Assembly (NCBI GenBank): GCA_002104945.1
Contig: MCFH01000001.1
Span: 310,001-374,000, forward strand
Origin: Piromyces finnis finn
Taxonomy: Eukaryota; Fungi; Neocallimastigomycota
Direction: 5' to 3'
Length of the DNA: 64,000 bases
The position numbers and the translations under genes were made by a program. Each line of letters starts with the position of its first letter. The stretch's first letter is position 1. The notes under the pieces are model-generated. The model saw only the letters and a list, made by a program, of their open reading frames with translations. It was not told the DNA's origin and did no database searches. Shown one piece after another: positions 60,799-64,000 of this stretch.

Positions 60799-61919
60799 GC
60801 ATTTTCAACGTTTATATTAACACCTTTTTGAACAATAAGAATTAGTAGGCAGTTACTCTTTCAACTACTTGACAGGTTATTTTTTCATTGATTTCCTCCA
60901 TCACTACCACCACAAAAAACCTTAACTGTTATCTCTTGGTTGGTAGTTTAACAAAAATTTGTAATTTATTTTCTAGAATAATTTATTGGTTAACGATAAT
61001 TAATTTAATATCTTGATTGGCAATTACAAACCATTTAAGCACTCCTACAGAAAAAATTACCAACAAAATTTATTGGTTTCCAATAGGAATAATTTAATTA
61101 AATTTCTTTTTAGGAATATAAAAAAGATCTATTTTATAGAATCATAGCAACTGAACCACTACTGCAATCTACTGCCTAGAATTATATTATAAAAAATATC
61201 CAATTTAAATTGATATAAAAGTATTCAATAAATAGTATAAATATAATTAAAAAAAAAAAAAGATAATTAAGTATTCTTTTACTTTATATTCAGATATATT
61301 AACATTATTTATAGTATAAAAGTTAAAGAAATTTTGTTATAAATTATTTTTAATATGATAATTATTATTGGAATTGAATATGGATTTGGTAATAATAGTT
61401 AAAAAAAAATAGAAAATCATTTGTTTTAAAGGGATAGTAGAGTAGTTTTTTTTTTTTTAATTAATAATTATATATTTGTTTTCTATTTAATCTTTTTTTA
61501 GACACCTTTTTTTTTTAATTACTTTTTAATATTTAATAAAAAAAAAAAAAAAAGTAAATGAATAATTAAATAAATATTAAAGTAGTAGTTTCGTAGTTTC
61601 TTTTAAAAATAATTGTACAACTTATTTTAATATATGTAATCATTGTATGTACAATTCATTTTATTTAAATTATCAATTTAAATTTATTACTTTTTATTTT
61701 TTTAATACAAGATTAGACAAGATTAGACAAAAAGACTAAAGAATTATTTTTTTTTCAAAACATTATTATTTACATATAAATCAATATAACAATTAAAATT
61801 ATATATATATATAAAAAACTCTTGAGAAAATAGATAAAATAAAATATTAAAAAAAAAAAAAAAATTAAATTTGAAATTCCAATCAATTAAAATCAATTTA
61901 TTAAACCTATAAATTAAAA

Positions 61920-62924
61920 ATGTTTTATTTTAAAGGAATTTTAATTGCTATTCTTGCAACTACAATTTCTGCTGTTCCTAATTGTGGTAAAGATTACGGT
62001 ATATGTCCTAGTGGACAATGTTGTTCAAAATATGGTTACTGTGGTACAACAAGTGACCACTGTAGTACTGGTTGTCAAGCTAATTATGGTATTTGTACTA
62101 ATAGCACAATAACTACCACAAATAGTGATCTTTGTGGTAAAGAAACTGGAAATAAATGTGCAAATAATTTATGTTGTTCAAAATATGGTTATTGTGGGGA
62201 TTCAGATGCCCATTGTTCCGTTAGCCAAGGATGTCAAGCTGGTTATGGACGTTGTGGTGATTTTGTTTCTAACTCTAAATTACAATACTATTACAAGTGT
62301 AAAAACCCAAATCACTGGGCTCTTTCCTTTGATGATGGACCATACAAATATGATATGGAATTACTCAATCTTCTTAAAAAAAAAGGTGTTAAAGCCACTT
62401 TCTTCCTTAATGGTAATAATGTTTTAGATATCACTTCAAAAAAGGGTGAGGCAATTGTTAAAAGAATGTATAAGGATGGACATGTTATTGGTTCACATAC
62501 TTGGAAACACAGTGACCTTACCCTTCTCAGTAAAGAAGAGATTATTAGCGAAATGACAAAGTTAGAGAATGTTCTTCAAAAATATATTGGTAAGAAACCT
62601 GCTTTTATGCGTCCACCATATGGTTCTGGTGCTAATAATGCTGAAATTGCTTCTATTTTATCTGATCTTGGATACACCGCTTCTTGTATATGGAATGTTG
62701 ATACTTTAGATTGGGATAAAGTTGGGGATATTGATTATTCTATTAAAGTTTTTAAAAGTAATTTAGGTAATCCAATTATGTCTTTAAACCATTGTTTTTA
62801 TGAAGGTATTACTGAAGCTACCTTACTTGCTTTAGCTGAAGCAGAAATTGATTTTATGTTATCTAAAGGATATACACCAGTAACAATGGATGTTTGTCTT
62901 GGACTTGATGCTTATCAAAAATAA
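61920..62924 (+). CDS. Secreted chitin/polysaccharide deacetylase: signal peptide, 2x CBM18 (hevein-like), CE4 NodB domain; intronless
   Basis: Two CCSKYGYCG hevein repeats; CE4 motifs SFDDGP, HTWKH, RPPYG, DTLDW and a His in motif 5 (SLNH); no dockerin. Confidence 0.93.
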   Translation: MFYFKGILIAILATTISAVPNCGKDYGICPSGQCCSKYGYCGTTSDHCSTGCQANYGICTNSTITTTNSDLCGKETGNKCANNLCCSKYGYCGDSDAHCSVSQGCQAGYGRCGDFVSNSKLQYYYKCKNPNHWALSFDDGPYKYDMELLNLLKKKGVKATFFLNGNNVLDITSKKGEAIVKRMYKDGHVIGSHTWKHSDLTLLSKEEIISEMTKLENVLQKYIGKKPAFMRPPYGSGANNAEIASILSDLGYTASCIWNVDTLDWDKVGDIDYSIKVFKSNLGNPIMSLNHCFYEGITEATLLALAEAEIDFMLSKGYTPVTMDVCLGLDAYQK

Positions 62925-64000
62925 GTTAATGTCAATTAAGGAATAACAACCTTTGTTTTTTTTTTTTTTTAATAAGAAAAAATATAGGACAAAAGATACA
63001 AATAAATTAAAGTGATAAATCTAATTATTTTAATAACATATAAATGTATTGCTTTTATTATTATTATTTTTTTTTTTATAAATATATCAAATCAAATCAG
63101 ATTAATTACACAATTATTATTTTTAAATTAAGTATTAATATTTACAACTGTATATCTATTATCTATCCAACATATATATTTTTTAACAAAATAAAATTTT
63201 ATTTATAATCAAAAGAAAAGACAAAAATACAATTAAAATATTTACTTTTAATTGTTATTCAATTTTATAAAAATTCATTTTCAGTATTTTATTAATGCCA
63301 ATTCAAAATTGAAAATTATACTATTATCAATCTAAGTTAACTAATAAAAAAAAAATAAAAATAAAAATAAAATTAATTTTTTGTATCACTGATATAATTT
63401 ATAAATTTTCACATATATAACCATACCATAATACAATTATCAAATGATATTTTTTTTTATTATTTTCAACCTAATTTCAATATCAATTCATGTAGTTATT
63501 ACATAAGCAATTATATATATATATACATTTAAAATAAGTATACATTAAATAAAATAATTTAAGTATTTATATACATATAATACATAAACTTATCATTGTT
63601 GCTATCTGTTATTATTATTTATAATGTTTTTAATTTAACTATTAAAGATTTATTTATATTTTATTTTATCTATCTATTTATTTATTTTTTTCAAAATAAA
63701 TAATATTTTATGAACCTTTAAGTATTTTATGTTATTAAATTATCTAAACATCAAAATAATTTTAGTGTAGTATCAATAATAAAAAATATTTAGAATATTA
63801 ATTAATATTTTGGATTAGAGTTAAAAATATCATACAATAAATATTTTTATTATAGTGAGTTATAATGATTTTATTTTTTCATATTTCTCTAAAACCGTCT
63901 GCATAATTTTATAAATACCTTTGTTATATAGTTCTTACAAAACTGTAATTCAGTATAATTTTATTAAATTTTACATTATTTCTAATGAATTTTATGTTGT

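Overview
Extremely AT-rich, intron-dense eukaryotic nuclear DNA, most consistent with an anaerobic gut fungus (Neocallimastigomycota). The assignment is inferred from base composition, the GT-AG introns, a CBM18-CE4 gene, an ankyrin family member and a flagellar coiled-coil gene. Most short ORFs in the supplied track are spurious read-throughs of poly-T/poly-A introns, so the real genes were rebuilt by hand across splice sites. In order: the 3' end of an unknown gene; Sec61-beta (-); a GCK/Ste20 kinase with a long repeat-rich tail (+); tRNA-Thr(UGU) (-); Nop53 (-) head-to-head with Prp40 (+); Rpf2 (+); an intronless Cys-rich, probably GPI-anchored orphan (-); a decayed LINE-like relic; a CFAP210-like coiled-coil gene (+); Bub3 (+); Pin4/Par14 parvulin (-) head-to-head with Tdp1 (+); gamma-tubulin (-); an ankyrin-repeat pseudogene (+); a 61-aa microprotein with strong codon bias (-); Cns1/TTC4 (+); ketopantoate reductase (+); a ~1730-aa low-complexity orphan (-); a 5.8-kb gene-free zone with relics; and a secreted 2xCBM18 chitin/polysaccharide deacetylase (+). 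No CRISPR array, rRNA or intact mobile element was found. The strongest novelty leads are: (1) the 61-aa internally duplicated microprotein with a motif-rich promoter; (2) a TTTATCCAATCA element shared by the Nop53, Rpf2 and Cns1 promoters, a candidate lineage-specific ribosome-biogenesis regulon motif; (3) a tandem TPxxS phosphodegron-like array in the kinase; (4) a candidate poison/uORF exon in Prp40. All functional claims are inferences that need the checks listed.
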